53,423 bases of DNA from Propionibacteriaceae bacterium (GCA_031268515.1 JAIRXC010000011.1:1-53423); one strand, 5' to 3'. Shown: positions 28,659 through 37,989, numbered from the stretch's first letter. A program made the numbers and translations. The notes: a model not told the origin generated them from the letters alone.

Positions 28659-29215
28659 GTGCCGTCCTTGGATGGGGAAATACGGGGTGCAACTGGTCCT
28701 GGTCCGCGGCGACCGTTGGGACCACCTTACGGCGGCCCGGGCCTCTCTGCCTCGGCGCCCCGCCAAAGACCCTGGTTTAGAGCAGTTATTTCAGCCGCCG
28801 GCGCCCCGCCTTGGGGGCTGGCTTTGAGAATCTGGCCGCCGCCACACCGCCTTGGCCTGTTCCAGGGGCCTTAGGACCGGAGGCGTTCGGCCGGCCGCCG
28901 TTTGGACTGGCTCGGAGCTGGCCTTTGGCGGCCGCCTCGGAAGGACACGGACCGGGCCGCCGGCGCCGGAGGCGTCCCGGCGTCGGCTTTGGCTCGCCGG
29001 GGAGCCAAACCTAGCCGCCAATGCTGGGAGGGTGTCATAGAAGGCCGAGGCCCGGGTCAGCGTTCGGGAGACCGGGCCGCCGACGCCGGGAGTGTCCTCC
29101 AAGCGCCGGCGGCCGGGCCCTGCGGACCGTCCGCCTGACCGCTAGCCGGCGGCCGAAGCCAGCTGGCCAAGTGGAAAATCAGGCTCACAGGCGGGCCGCG
29201 AACGGTTCCGCTAAA

Positions 29216-30355
29216 TCACAAGCCGAGCTGGTCAGCCGAGTAGAAGTCCGTCCCGACCAGACGCTCTTCGACGTTGGCCTTCGTGATGACCTCGAGCGGC
29301 AGCAGGTAGCTGGGGACGTTCTTGATGCCGTTGTTGTAGTCGGTCGTGTTGTTGACGCTGACCGTCGCGCCGGTGACGATCTCCTGGACCATCTTGGCGA
29401 CCTGGTCGGCCAGGATGCGAGTGTCCTTCCAAACTGTCATGGCTTGCTTGTCGGCCAGGATGTTCTTGACGTTGGCGAGGTCGCCGTCTTGGCCGGTCAC
29501 GATCGGCCAGTCGACGTCAGGCTGGTAGCCGGCGCCTTCCAGGGCCTGCTCGATGCCGAGGGCCAGAGAGTCGTTGGGGGACAAGACAGCGTCGACCTTC
29601 TTGTCGGCGTAGAAGGAGTTGATCCGGTTCTGCATCTCCGACTGGGCCGTCGCGGTCGTCCAGCCCTGGATGCCGATGGCCTGCCACTGGTCATTGCTGG
29701 CCGGGGACTTGCCCGACGGGACGACGAGCTTGCCGGAGTCGATGTAAGGCTTGAGGACATCCCAAGCGCCGGAGAAGAAGAACTTGGCGTTGTTGTCGTC
29801 CGGGCTGCCGGCGAAGGGTTCGAGGTTGAAGGGGCCATCGGCGGTCTTGAGGTTCAGCGCCTCTTCGATGTACTGGCCCTGCAACTGGCCAACCATGTAG
29901 TTGTCGAAGGTGGCGTAGTAATCGACGTTCGGCGTGGCGTTGATGAGCCGGTCGTAGGCGATGACGGTGATGTCGTTGTTGGCGGCCTGTTCCAGGACCG
30001 GCCCCAAGACGGTGCCGTCGATGGAGGCGACGACCAGGACCGTGACGCCGTCGTTGATCATGTTCTGGATCTGGGAGATCTGCTGATCGGTCTTGTTGTC
30101 GGCGTATTGGAGAGTCGACTTATAGCCGAGGGCCGTGAGCTGCTGTTCCAGGTACGCGCCGTCGTTGTTCCAGCGTTCGAGCGACTTCGTCGGCATGGCG
30201 ATGCCGATATAGGCCTCGGCGGTCTTCGGGGCGTCGCCGGCCGTCGTCGTGTCGCCGCCTGGGCTGTCAGAGTCGCGGCTTGAACTGCACGCTCCCAGGC
30301 CGATGGCCAAAGCGGCGCAAGCCGCGACCGCCACGAGACGGGTGAGCTTCTTCAT
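29216..30355 (-). CDS. ChvE-type monosaccharide ABC substrate-binding lipoprotein
   Basis: AAGGAGG RBS, lipobox LGAC-SS, and IGIAMPTKSLERWNNDG typical of the ChvE/multiple-sugar-binding family. Confidence 0.9.
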   Translation of the reverse strand: MKKLTRLVAVAACAALAIGLGACSSSRDSDSPGGDTTTAGDAPKTAEAYIGIAMPTKSLERWNNDGAYLEQQLTALGYKSTLQYADNKTDQQISQIQNMINDGVTVLVVASIDGTVLGPVLEQAANNDITVIAYDRLINATPNVDYYATFDNYMVGQLQGQYIEEALNLKTADGPFNLEPFAGSPDDNNAKFFFSGAWDVLKPYIDSGKLVVPSGKSPASNDQWQAIGIQGWTTATAQSEMQNRINSFYADKKVDAVLSPNDSLALGIEQALEGAGYQPDVDWPIVTGQDGDLANVKNILADKQAMTVWKDTRILADQVAKMVQEIVTGATVSVNNTTDYNNGIKNVPSYLLPLEVITKANVEERLVGTDFYSADQLGL

Positions 30356-30720
30356 TGACATCTCCTCCTTGAGGGTCAGGGCCAACCGGGGACGCTGAGG
30401 CCAGGAGGTCGAAGGCGCCGCGTTTGGCTGGGTGGAAAGGCCGGTGAGACCTTCCAACGGGACATTAGTTCAGCGGATGTACCTAATGCAAGAAGTGGTG
30501 GCGCCGGCCCTGGAATCGTTACCGGATCGAGATTTTCGGTCCCTTCACGGTCGCGGGCGCGGCAAGAGTTTCGAATCTTACGGCTTCGAGCGGGCCGTAG
30601 GCGAGGTGGGAGGCAAGGCTCTGGGAAGCCCTGCGGCCGTCTACACGTCCTGAGGCACGCTGGATCGCCCAGCGTTCCCATTCCCTGTGGCCTATCGCCC
30701 CGGTCGGGTAGGAAAATTGT

Positions 30721-31620
30721 TCACGAGCCTGACAGGTGCGCCAGATCCATCTCCTCCGTCTCCTTCATCTGCTCCAATGTGAACTCGTTGACCATGACCA
30801 CGTCGCCGCTGCAACCAACTATTTCGCTCGCCTCTCCCGCCGCCGAACAGAGTTGAACGAGCGCCTCCCCAAGGGCCGGCCACAGGAAGTACCTTTCAAC
30901 GTCGCTGCTTCCTTCTCGAAGGCGCTTTGCGATGCTGGCCACCGCGTCTTTCGGGGGCAGGGCGCCAATCCAGTTCCTCAGTTTGAGTGGCGCTTCTGGC
31001 ATCTCATCTTCCGGGAAGGACGGCAGAGAGCCGGCATCGACGATGAACCAGAGGTGAACCTCGAAGGGGCCAGACTCCCAATTGTCAAGCTGTATCCGGA
31101 TCTGATCCATCTGGCCAAGCGCCCATCCCACATCCCCTTGCCTTCGAGCCTTAGTTTTTGCCAACTTCCGTAGCGGGTCAAGCCATTCCGCCACCGCATC
31201 TGGGATTGCCGCCCGCCCGAGCTTTCGCGCCACTCCGAGACGAAATCCTCGCGCCTCGCTCGAAGACGCACACCCGTGCACCGGACTTTTTTCTGCCAAT
31301 GACTCTCTGCGCACTGTGCTAATCACTTGAAGATCGGCAAACGCTTTATCTGACACTCCCGGCAGGGCAACGAAGCGAGGGGTGTGCCCCCTGGCAGCGG
31401 CCCTGGCTTCATCCTCTGACAATTCAGCCACCGGAGCCACCTGAATGAATTCATCTCTCTTAGCGTCGCAAGTCTGCGTGATCACAACAACTCCGTGTGG
31501 CGTATCGTGCTCTTCACGGGCGCCGTCAATGGAAACCACCGGAACCGAGTGCAACTGAAACACCAACCCCTGACTCAGTTCTGCGAACTGGCCCGGCGAT
31601 ATCGGTGTTTCATCACTCAT
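30721..31620 (-). CDS. Hypothetical 299-aa protein; third gene of the island operon and putative effector or toxin
   Basis: Clean ORF with lower GC than its surroundings and an ATGA overlap with the upstream HTH gene. No family recognised. The N-terminal pattern HGVVVITQTCD..FIQVAPV..ADLQVISTVRRESL loosely recalls MazF/CcdB-like barrels. Confidence 0.6.
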   Translation of the reverse strand: MSDETPISPGQFAELSQGLVFQLHSVPVVSIDGAREEHDTPHGVVVITQTCDAKRDEFIQVAPVAELSEDEARAAARGHTPRFVALPGVSDKAFADLQVISTVRRESLAEKSPVHGCASSSEARGFRLGVARKLGRAAIPDAVAEWLDPLRKLAKTKARRQGDVGWALGQMDQIRIQLDNWESGPFEVHLWFIVDAGSLPSFPEDEMPEAPLKLRNWIGALPPKDAVASIAKRLREGSSDVERYFLWPALGEALVQLCSAAGEASEIVGCSGDVVMVNEFTLEQMKETEEMDLAHLSGS

Positions 31621-32243
31621 GCGATCGGGCCCGATTCATCGGCTGTGGCTCCCAAAAGATCGAGAGCCCGCCAGGGCTGAGAGTTGATCCCGCTGGCGCC
31701 ACTTCTCCGGTAGCGAAGGAAGCGGTCAAACAAGCTGACACCCTCATCGTTCAGCTTGAACAGGCTGGATCGGCGCTCGTCTGGGGTTGCGCCAGCTAGA
31801 GAATGAGCCAGGCGTTCCACCTCGGCAAGAGCCTCGGCGTTCGTGGCGTTCAGGCGCGATCCGCTGGCCCAGAGGTGGACGGTCCGACGGCTGACGCCGA
31901 AAAGCCGGCCAAGCTGATCCCAGGTTAGGCCGGTGTGCTCGTGAATCCAGCGGATTCGACCAGAATCCCCGGCCGCAGTCCGGTCTGGGGTCGGGTTCCC
32001 CCGGTAATAGACAACACTGAACGGAGCGCTCGTCCCCGAGGAACTCGGCGAAAACTGTTGCGGCGTCAAATTCGACCCCTGCCCAAGCCCGGCCGTTGGC
32101 GTCGCTCGAGACGACATCCCCGGCGCGATGGCAGCGCTCCAGGAAACAGCCTGTGGAATGTGCGGAGCGGGAAGCCTAAGAGAGCCGGTCTTGCCTCCCG
32201 CGGCCTCGTATGAAATCCCAGAGAAGGCGGTCATGGCAGTCAT
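31617..32243 (-). CDS. HTH protein (Xre/antitoxin-like) with a disordered Ser/Pro-rich N-terminus
   Basis: LTWDQLGRLFGVSRRTVHLWASGSRLNATNAEALAEVERL resembles the HTH of Xre/ParS/MbcA-type antitoxins. ATGA overlaps with both neighbouring genes. Confidence 0.6.
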   Translation of the reverse strand: MTAMTAFSGISYEAAGGKTGSLRLPAPHIPQAVSWSAAIAPGMSSRATPTAGLGQGSNLTPQQFSPSSSGTSAPFSVVYYRGNPTPDRTAAGDSGRIRWIHEHTGLTWDQLGRLFGVSRRTVHLWASGSRLNATNAEALAEVERLAHSLAGATPDERRSSLFKLNDEGVSLFDRFLRYRRSGASGINSQPWRALDLLGATADESGPIA

Positions 32244-33091
32244 CGTTCTGCCCCATAATGATCCAGGAATGCGTCAGTCACGATCCAGCGGAAATAGTCG
32301 TAGGCCCGGCTTGCCATCTCCTGAGTGTTGTTTAGAACCGCCGCCAGGTCGAACACCGTGTTCGGGAAGTGCCGGAAGGCGTCTAGATCGAGAATCCACG
32401 CTGGCTCCCCCGCCGGCGTGGGTGTGATTGCCGGATCAAGGACAGCCCCGGCCGGCAGAATCCCCCACTGCACCTGCATGCCATCTTGCACCTGATTAGA
32501 CGTGCCTGGATTGTCAAAGCTGAAAATGGCTTGGCTGAGAGCATGAACCAGCCGGGGACCAGCGACGGCCGGCGCGCCATTGATTGGGCCGAGGAACTCC
32601 GGCCGGATCCAGCCGGCCAGCGTTTCCACTGGGACGGGAACCACTCTGTTGGTGTATCGGAATCCGAGCCTTTCGACGCGAGTTGGCTGCGCGATGCCAA
32701 TGAACACTCTTAAGACCGCTTCGAACCGCTCCATGAATTCGACTCGGCCAGGGTATGCGGTGCTCTGAAGGGTGATGAAGTTCGGCGCGACGCTAAGATG
32801 CCAGGCCCGATCCTTCGTGTGAAACTGTTTGACATTGCCGGCCTGGGTCTGTTGAACCTGTCCGTCGGGAGCGATGGTCACCGACATCTCGTTGCCATCG
32901 TTCATCTCCGGGTAGTTTGGCGCGAGAGCCATGGCCAGGCGTTCCGCCCAGCTCGGCGTCTGCGCGGCGGTGAGCTGAGGAAAGCGGGCTTGAGTCAGCA
33001 CGGAGGCCAGAGGCGGGTTGGCCAGGTGGATCTTCGTTGGCCTTGGTTGGCGGAAGGGCGCACTTACTTCGCTTACTTCGCTGTTCTCCAT
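32240..33091 (-). CDS. TIGR04255-like uncharacterised protein; first gene of the island operon
   Basis: 283 aa. The N-terminus (KIHLANPPLASVLTQARFP) and overall length match my recollection of the TIGR04255 family. That assignment is from memory only. Confidence 0.55.
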   Translation of the reverse strand: MENSEVSEVSAPFRQPRPTKIHLANPPLASVLTQARFPQLTAAQTPSWAERLAMALAPNYPEMNDGNEMSVTIAPDGQVQQTQAGNVKQFHTKDRAWHLSVAPNFITLQSTAYPGRVEFMERFEAVLRVFIGIAQPTRVERLGFRYTNRVVPVPVETLAGWIRPEFLGPINGAPAVAGPRLVHALSQAIFSFDNPGTSNQVQDGMQVQWGILPAGAVLDPAITPTPAGEPAWILDLDAFRHFPNTVFDLAAVLNNTQEMASRAYDYFRWIVTDAFLDHYGAER

Positions 33092-33110
33092 ACTTCACAG
33101 TCTACTTCAC
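33065..33110. promoter_or_regulatory. Four G(Y)GAAGTA octamers (minus-strand sense) straddling the start codon of the island operon
   Basis: TACTTC(G/A)C begins at 33065, 33074, 33091 and 33103 on the plus strand. Two copies lie upstream of the ATG at 33091 and two inside codons 4-9 (SEVSEV). Confidence 0.5.
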
Positions 33111-33223
33111 ACGACCATCGACGGTGTCATCTGCTACCTTTGGCGTCGCGCAATTCGCGGAGTTTTTGCTCCACGGCGGTCGTGCTCAGAAGCCTTAGCG
33201 CCTGTTGAGTGATATTCGCCGCC

Positions 33224-33676
33224 CTATTTGCTTTCTGGGCGGCGCTCGGTCACCGGGCCTCGGCCTGGGTCGTCGATGACAGGGTCAAACACATCGAAGC
33301 CGAGGCTGATCGACGCGACAGCCATCTGCCGGTCGTGCGTCGCCATCGCCAAGACGCCCGGCCCCAGCCGTAGCGCCGAAGCGACATGGATCGCATCAGC
33401 GCCGCCTAGCTTCTCATCCAGCGCAATGGCCTCGGCCAGCAACTCGTCGTCAACAGTCATGAGCAAGAACTCGTCGAGATATTCGTCCACGATGTCCTGG
33501 TCGACCCCGGCGTTCTTCGTCACCCGGCGGACCTCGACCTCCATCAGCCGCGAAGCCACGAAGCGGTCGCCGGCCTCGATCCGCTCCTCGAACCAGGCCC
33601 GGGCCGCCGGCGATTGGCCGCTCATGGCCCGCAACAGCACCGATGAGTCCACATACCAAGTGCGCGCTTCAAGCAT
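33224..33676 (-). CDS. vapC: Type II toxin VapC (PIN domain)
   Basis: WYVDSSVLL..DAIHVASAL..ATHDRQM are PIN acidic motifs. The start MLEARTWYVD overlaps the antitoxin stop by 8 nt. Confidence 0.8.
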   Translation of the reverse strand: MLEARTWYVDSSVLLRAMSGQSPAARAWFEERIEAGDRFVASRLMEVEVRRVTKNAGVDQDIVDEYLDEFLLMTVDDELLAEAIALDEKLGGADAIHVASALRLGPGVLAMATHDRQMAVASISLGFDVFDPVIDDPGRGPVTERRPESK

Positions 33677-33950
33677 CAAGGCGGCTTCGATCCGCATCAA
33701 GCGCAGATCCCAGGTCAACTGCGCCGCGCGCGACTGGCAACTGACGAGCCCTCTGCCCGCCCGTCCGACGCGCTGGGGCCAGCAGTCCGGCCTGGATCAA
33801 GGCCTCGACCGGATCGCCCGGTTGCTCGCGGACTCGTTCAAGACGGTAGGCGGCCACTCCGCGCCGCAACACGATCACCTCGCCGCCGTCGGCGAGCCTG
33901 GTGGCTCGCGACGGGTTCCGGTTGAACTCCGTCAAGCTGATCGTCTTCAC
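33669..33950 (-). CDS. Type II antitoxin (Phd/YefM-like prevent-host-death family)
   Basis: MKTISLTEFNRNPSRATRLADGGEVIVLRRG is a typical Phd/YefM N-terminus. Lies immediately upstream of vapC. Confidence 0.78.
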   Translation of the reverse strand: MKTISLTEFNRNPSRATRLADGGEVIVLRRGVAAYRLERVREQPGDPVEALIQAGLLAPARRTGGQRARQLPVARGAVDLGSALDADRSRLDA

Positions 33951-34191
33951 GACATCAATCTAGCATTAACACTACAATCTGCCGGCGGAGCCGCCTGGAC
34001 CGCCCAGAGCGTCGGCCGAGGCCGCGGGGCCTCCTGGAACGAACCGTAATGCTCGCCCAAGCACGTCACCATCTGATACCCAGGTTCGGCAAACGCGCTC
34101 ACGCCTGGCCATGCGCGACCACGCCATGCTTGTCTGGCTTGTTTTGATCCTTACCGCCCGATCCCAAGGGCGCTCTCGGCGCCATCGTCAC

Positions 34192-34283
34192 CGTGAATCC
34201 GACTGCTAGAGCAGCGTGAATCCGACTGCTAGATACGCGTGAATCCGACTGCTAGAGTTACGTGAATCCGCCTGGTGGAACTA
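34192..34283. repeat. Four tandem 23-bp direct repeats (CGTGAATCCGACTGCTAGA + 4 nt), the last degenerate, in the promoter of the AAA ATPase gene
   Basis: Copies start at 34192, 34215, 34238 and 34261 with an exact 23-bp period. They end 25 nt before the GTG start at 34308. Confidence 0.85.
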
Positions 34284-34307
34284 CCTGTCCAGCTAAGAGG
34301 AGGCCCC

Positions 34308-35588
34308 GTGAGCGGTCCGTCATATCTGCCGCGAATCGTTGACCGCGAGCTGTCTGACCTTCTTGCTCAGCTACCGGCCATCGCGCTCGAAGGCGCCAAG
34401 GGCGTTGGAAAGACACGCACCGCGCAACGCCTGGCTGGCGCTGTGTTCGAGTTCGCCAGCCTGGGCGTGGCCCAAAACGCGGCCGCCGGGCCGACGGTGA
34501 TCCGCGACGCCAAACCGCCTGTGCTGATAGATGAGTGGCAGCGCGCTCCCTGGATTTGGGACGAAGTGCGCCAATGGGCAGACCAAGGCGCCGAGCCGGG
34601 GCGCTTCATCCTGACCGGATCGGCTGTCCCGGTCAGCGCGCCGATCCACTCGGGCGCCGGACGGATAGTCCCCCTGCGAATGCGGCCACTGTCGTTGGCC
34701 GAGCGAGACCTGTGCGAGGCGACTGTGAGCCTCGGCGATCTCCTGGTAGGCGCCACGGGCCGAGTCGACTCCCGCGCCGACGTTGGCTTGGCGCGCTACA
34801 TCGAAGAGATCACCGCCTCTGGGCTCCCGGCTATTCGCCCGCTGCGCGGCCGCGCCAGACAGCGCGCACTGGACGGCTACCTCCAAGCCCTGGTCACGCG
34901 GGAGTTCCCCGAGCAGGGCCACCTAGTGCGCAAACCAGATTCGCTGATGGCCTGGCTGCGCGCATACGCCCTGGCGACCGGCTCGACCGCCTCCTATGCG
35001 GCCATCTTGGACGCGGCCACGCCGGGCGACGGCGACAAACCTTCGAAAGCCGCCACCCTGGCCTACCGCGACACGCTCGCCTCGCTGTGGATGCTCGACG
35101 ACGTGCCCGCCTGGAACCCTGTCTTTTCCGGCTTGCGCACGCCGTTGGCCAGCGCCCCCAAGCATTTTCTGGCTGATCCAGGCCTGGCCGCCCGGCTGCT
35201 TCGCCTCACCCCGGACACGTTGGTGGCCGGCTCGAGCTTGCGCCCAGCCGGACCTCAAGCGGGCTCTTTGCTGGGGCGTCTCTTCGAGGCTTTGGTGGCG
35301 CTGGGACTGAAGACCTACGCCGGTGCGAATGACGCCGACCTGTTTCACCTGCGAACCGCCAACGGCGACAGGGAAGTTGATTTTGTCATTGAGCGCGGAA
35401 CCGATATTGTCGCGGTGGAAGTCAAGCTGAGCCAGTCAGTGGACGCCAGGGATGTCAGGCACTTGAATTGGCTGGCCGGCCAATTGCCGGATCGCCACGT
35501 CGAAAAAGTCGTCATCACAACCGGCCCACAGGCCGTCACCCGCCCAGATGGCGTGCATGTGGTCCCGGCCGCGCTGCTTGGCCCGTGA
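34308..35588 (+). CDS. AAA+ ATPase (AAA_14 / DUF4143-type ATP-binding protein)
   Basis: YLPRIVDREL..LEGAKGVGKT (Walker A), LIDEWQ (Walker B), and a C-terminal DUF4143-like region (REVDFVIE). The GTG at 34308 follows AAGAGGAGG. Confidence 0.8.
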   Translation: MSGPSYLPRIVDRELSDLLAQLPAIALEGAKGVGKTRTAQRLAGAVFEFASLGVAQNAAAGPTVIRDAKPPVLIDEWQRAPWIWDEVRQWADQGAEPGRFILTGSAVPVSAPIHSGAGRIVPLRMRPLSLAERDLCEATVSLGDLLVGATGRVDSRADVGLARYIEEITASGLPAIRPLRGRARQRALDGYLQALVTREFPEQGHLVRKPDSLMAWLRAYALATGSTASYAAILDAATPGDGDKPSKAATLAYRDTLASLWMLDDVPAWNPVFSGLRTPLASAPKHFLADPGLAARLLRLTPDTLVAGSSLRPAGPQAGSLLGRLFEALVALGLKTYAGANDADLFHLRTANGDREVDFVIERGTDIVAVEVKLSQSVDARDVRHLNWLAGQLPDRHVEKVVITTGPQAVTRPDGVHVVPAALLGP

Positions 35589-35670
35589 CCGGCCGCGGCC
35601 CCGCGCCACCGCCCTCCGGCGGGACAAGGCGAAAGCCAGCGTTGCTTCAGCCCAGCGGCGCGGCCGCGCT

Positions 35671-37182
35671 TCAGAGGCCGCGGGCCAGGCGGTGGTAGGC
35701 CGCGTTCCAGCGTAATTCCTTCTCAAAAGCGGCCCGGGTCGTCGCCTTGTCGATGAGGGCCAGCTCCGTGCCGGTTTGGGCGGCCAGGGCGGTCCAGATT
35801 GCGGCGTCGGTGGCCGTGGTCAAGACAGTGTGATGAGGTCCGCCGGCCGTTAGCCAGCAGGCCGCCGAGGTCCGGAAATCGGGGGCCGGAGCCCAGACGG
35901 CCCGGCCGACCGGCAGACACGGCATCGGCTGGTCGGGGGCCACTAGCTCGACCTCGTTGGCGGTCAGACGGAAACGGTCACGCAGGTCGGCCAAACCGAC
36001 CAGCAGGCCGGGGCCGGGATCGGCGTCGAAGACCAGGCGGACCGGGTCTTCCCGGCCGCCGATGCCCAGCGGGTGGATCTCAAGCCGCGGCGTCTTCGTC
36101 GTCAAAGAGGGGCAAACCTCAAGCATGTGGGCGCCGAGGATGCGCTCACGGCCAGGGACGAGGTGGTACGTGTAATCCTCCATCAGCGAGGCGCCGCCCG
36201 GCCGGCCCGCCCCCATCGCCTTGGCCGCCCGTACGAGCACGGCCGTCTTCCAGTCGCCTTCGGCCCCAAAGCCGTAGCCGTCCGCCATCAAACGCTGGAC
36301 CGCCAGGCCAGGCAGTTGCCGCAGCCCGCCGAGATCCTCGAAGTTCGTCGTGAAAGCCCAAGCCCCGTGTTCGGCCAAGAAACCCCGTAACGCCAGTTCT
36401 TGTTGGGCCGCGTAAAGGAGGGAACCATGCCGAGCGCCGCCGCGGCGCAATTCGCCGGCGACCTCATAGCGGTCCTCGTAGTCAGCCGCCAACGCCGCCG
36501 CCGCGGCCGCCGGGACCGCTTCTGTCGCCGCCGCCAGCTCGGTGACCCCGAACGACAACACCGCCGGGCCGAAAACATGCTCGGCTTCGACTTTGTCGCC
36601 CTCGGTCACCGCCACGTTACGCATGTTGTCACCGAAGCGGACCACGGTCAGCCGGCGCAGCTCCTGCCGGCCGGCCGCCGCCCTGATCCAAACATCGACT
36701 TCCGCCGCCGTCCTGGGGTCGCTGACGTGGCCGACGACGGTGCTGCGGGGAACGGCCAGGCGGGTCTCGAGGTAGGCGAACTCGCGGTCGCCGTGGGCCG
36801 CCTGGTTGAGGTTCATGAAGTCCATGTCGATGCTCGCCCAAGGCAGTTCGACATCCACCTGGGTGTGGAGATGAAGGAGGGGTTTGGCCAAGGCGTCGAG
36901 GCCGGCGATCCACATCTTGGCCGGCGAGAAGGTGTGCATCCAGCAGATCAGCCCCAAGCAATCATCGTCGGCGTTGGCCTCCAAAATCGTCCGCCGGATG
37001 GCGTCCTTGCTCGTCAGCACCGGTTTCCAAACAATCTCGGCGAGGCCGGCTGGATCGCTGAGAACGGCCGCGATACGGCGGGAGTTGTCGGCCACCTGGG
37101 CCAAAACGGCGTCGCCGTAAAGGTCTTGGGAACCGGTCAAAAACCAGACTGCAGGCTTGGGGGACGCGGTGGCAAGGGACAT
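35671..37182 (-). CDS. araA: L-arabinose isomerase
   Basis: 503 aa. [25 protein letters not shown] is typical of AraA. Confidence 0.95.
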   Translation of the reverse strand: MSLATASPKPAVWFLTGSQDLYGDAVLAQVADNSRRIAAVLSDPAGLAEIVWKPVLTSKDAIRRTILEANADDDCLGLICWMHTFSPAKMWIAGLDALAKPLLHLHTQVDVELPWASIDMDFMNLNQAAHGDREFAYLETRLAVPRSTVVGHVSDPRTAAEVDVWIRAAAGRQELRRLTVVRFGDNMRNVAVTEGDKVEAEHVFGPAVLSFGVTELAAATEAVPAAAAAALAADYEDRYEVAGELRRGGARHGSLLYAAQQELALRGFLAEHGAWAFTTNFEDLGGLRQLPGLAVQRLMADGYGFGAEGDWKTAVLVRAAKAMGAGRPGGASLMEDYTYHLVPGRERILGAHMLEVCPSLTTKTPRLEIHPLGIGGREDPVRLVFDADPGPGLLVGLADLRDRFRLTANEVELVAPDQPMPCLPVGRAVWAPAPDFRTSAACWLTAGGPHHTVLTTATDAAIWTALAAQTGTELALIDKATTRAAFEKELRWNAAYHRLARGL

Positions 37183-37203
37183 GGGATACGGGCCTCCGAT
37201 GGG

Positions 37204-37989
37204 TCAGATGTTCAAGCCAAGCGGACCGCTTGGACGGCTAGACGGGTCGAGGTTGGCGGCGGCCCAGCCGGCATCCGGGCCGGCCGGAGCCGGTTGTCCC
37301 GCTGCCTCAGGTTGGCCGTAGGCGGTTTGATAACGCTCGTGCAAACGGGCGATGTCGGCCGGGTCCAGTGGGACTGGCTGGCCGAGTTGGCGGGCCAGAT
37401 GGATGGTCTTGGCCACCTCTTCGCAAAGGACCGCCGCTTTGACGGCCGCCTTGGCCGTCGGGCCGACGGTGAAAACACCGTGGTTGGCCATCAGGACCGC
37501 CGGCGAGGGCGAGCCGCGCAGCGTCTCGACTAGGCCACGGCCGATCGAATCGTCGCCGATCAAAGCGAAGGGACCGACCGGGATGGGGCCGCCGAATTCG
37601 TCGGCCATCATCGTCAGGACGCAAGGGATGGCTTCCCGGCGGGCCGCCCAAGCGGTGGCGTAAACCGAGTGGGTGTGGACGACGCCGCCGACCTCAGGCA
37701 GGTGGCGGTAGACGTAGGCGTGGGCGAAGGTGTCCGAGCTGGGCCGGCCGTCGCCCTCGACCAGTTGGCCAGCCAGGTCCGTCACAACCATGGCCTCGGG
37801 AGTCAGGTCTTCGTAGGCGACGCCGGAAGGCTTGATGACAAGCAGGTCGGCGCCAGGGACGCGAGCCGAGACATTGCCGGCGGTCCAGGCCGCCAAACGC
37901 CAGCGGATGAGCTCGGCGTGCAAAGCGGCGACCTCGCGCCGGAGCCGCCAGACGCTGTCTTCAAGGTGGCTGGGAAGCGCCATCGTCAT
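37204..37989 (-). CDS. araD: L-ribulose-5-phosphate 4-epimerase
   Basis: Class II aldolase/epimerase fold (GNVSAR..VVHTHS..ANHG). Sits between araB and araA. Confidence 0.92.
   Translation of the reverse strand: MTMALPSHLEDSVWRLRREVAALHAELIRWRLAAWTAGNVSARVPGADLLVIKPSGVAYEDLTPEAMVVTDLAGQLVEGDGRPSSDTFAHAYVYRHLPEVGGVVHTHSVYATAWAARREAIPCVLTMMADEFGGPIPVGPFALIGDDSIGRGLVETLRGSPSPAVLMANHGVFTVGPTAKAAVKAAVLCEEVAKTIHLARQLGQPVPLDPADIARLHERYQTAYGQPEAAGQPAPAGPDAGWAAANLDPSSRPSGPLGLNI

Noticed and set aside
28791-29102. 103-aa ORF in the long SBP1-ATPase1 spacer
   Set aside because: It has no RBS, an Arg/Pro/Gly-biased composition, and overlapping ORFs of similar quality in other frames. The region looks non-coding and repeat-rich.
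30463-30488. Inverted repeat CATTAG-N14-CTAATG upstream of SBP1 as a regulator binding site
   Set aside because: The arms are short (6 bp) with a long spacer, there is no second occurrence in the window, and it does not resemble the AraR-type operator. This is too weak to annotate.
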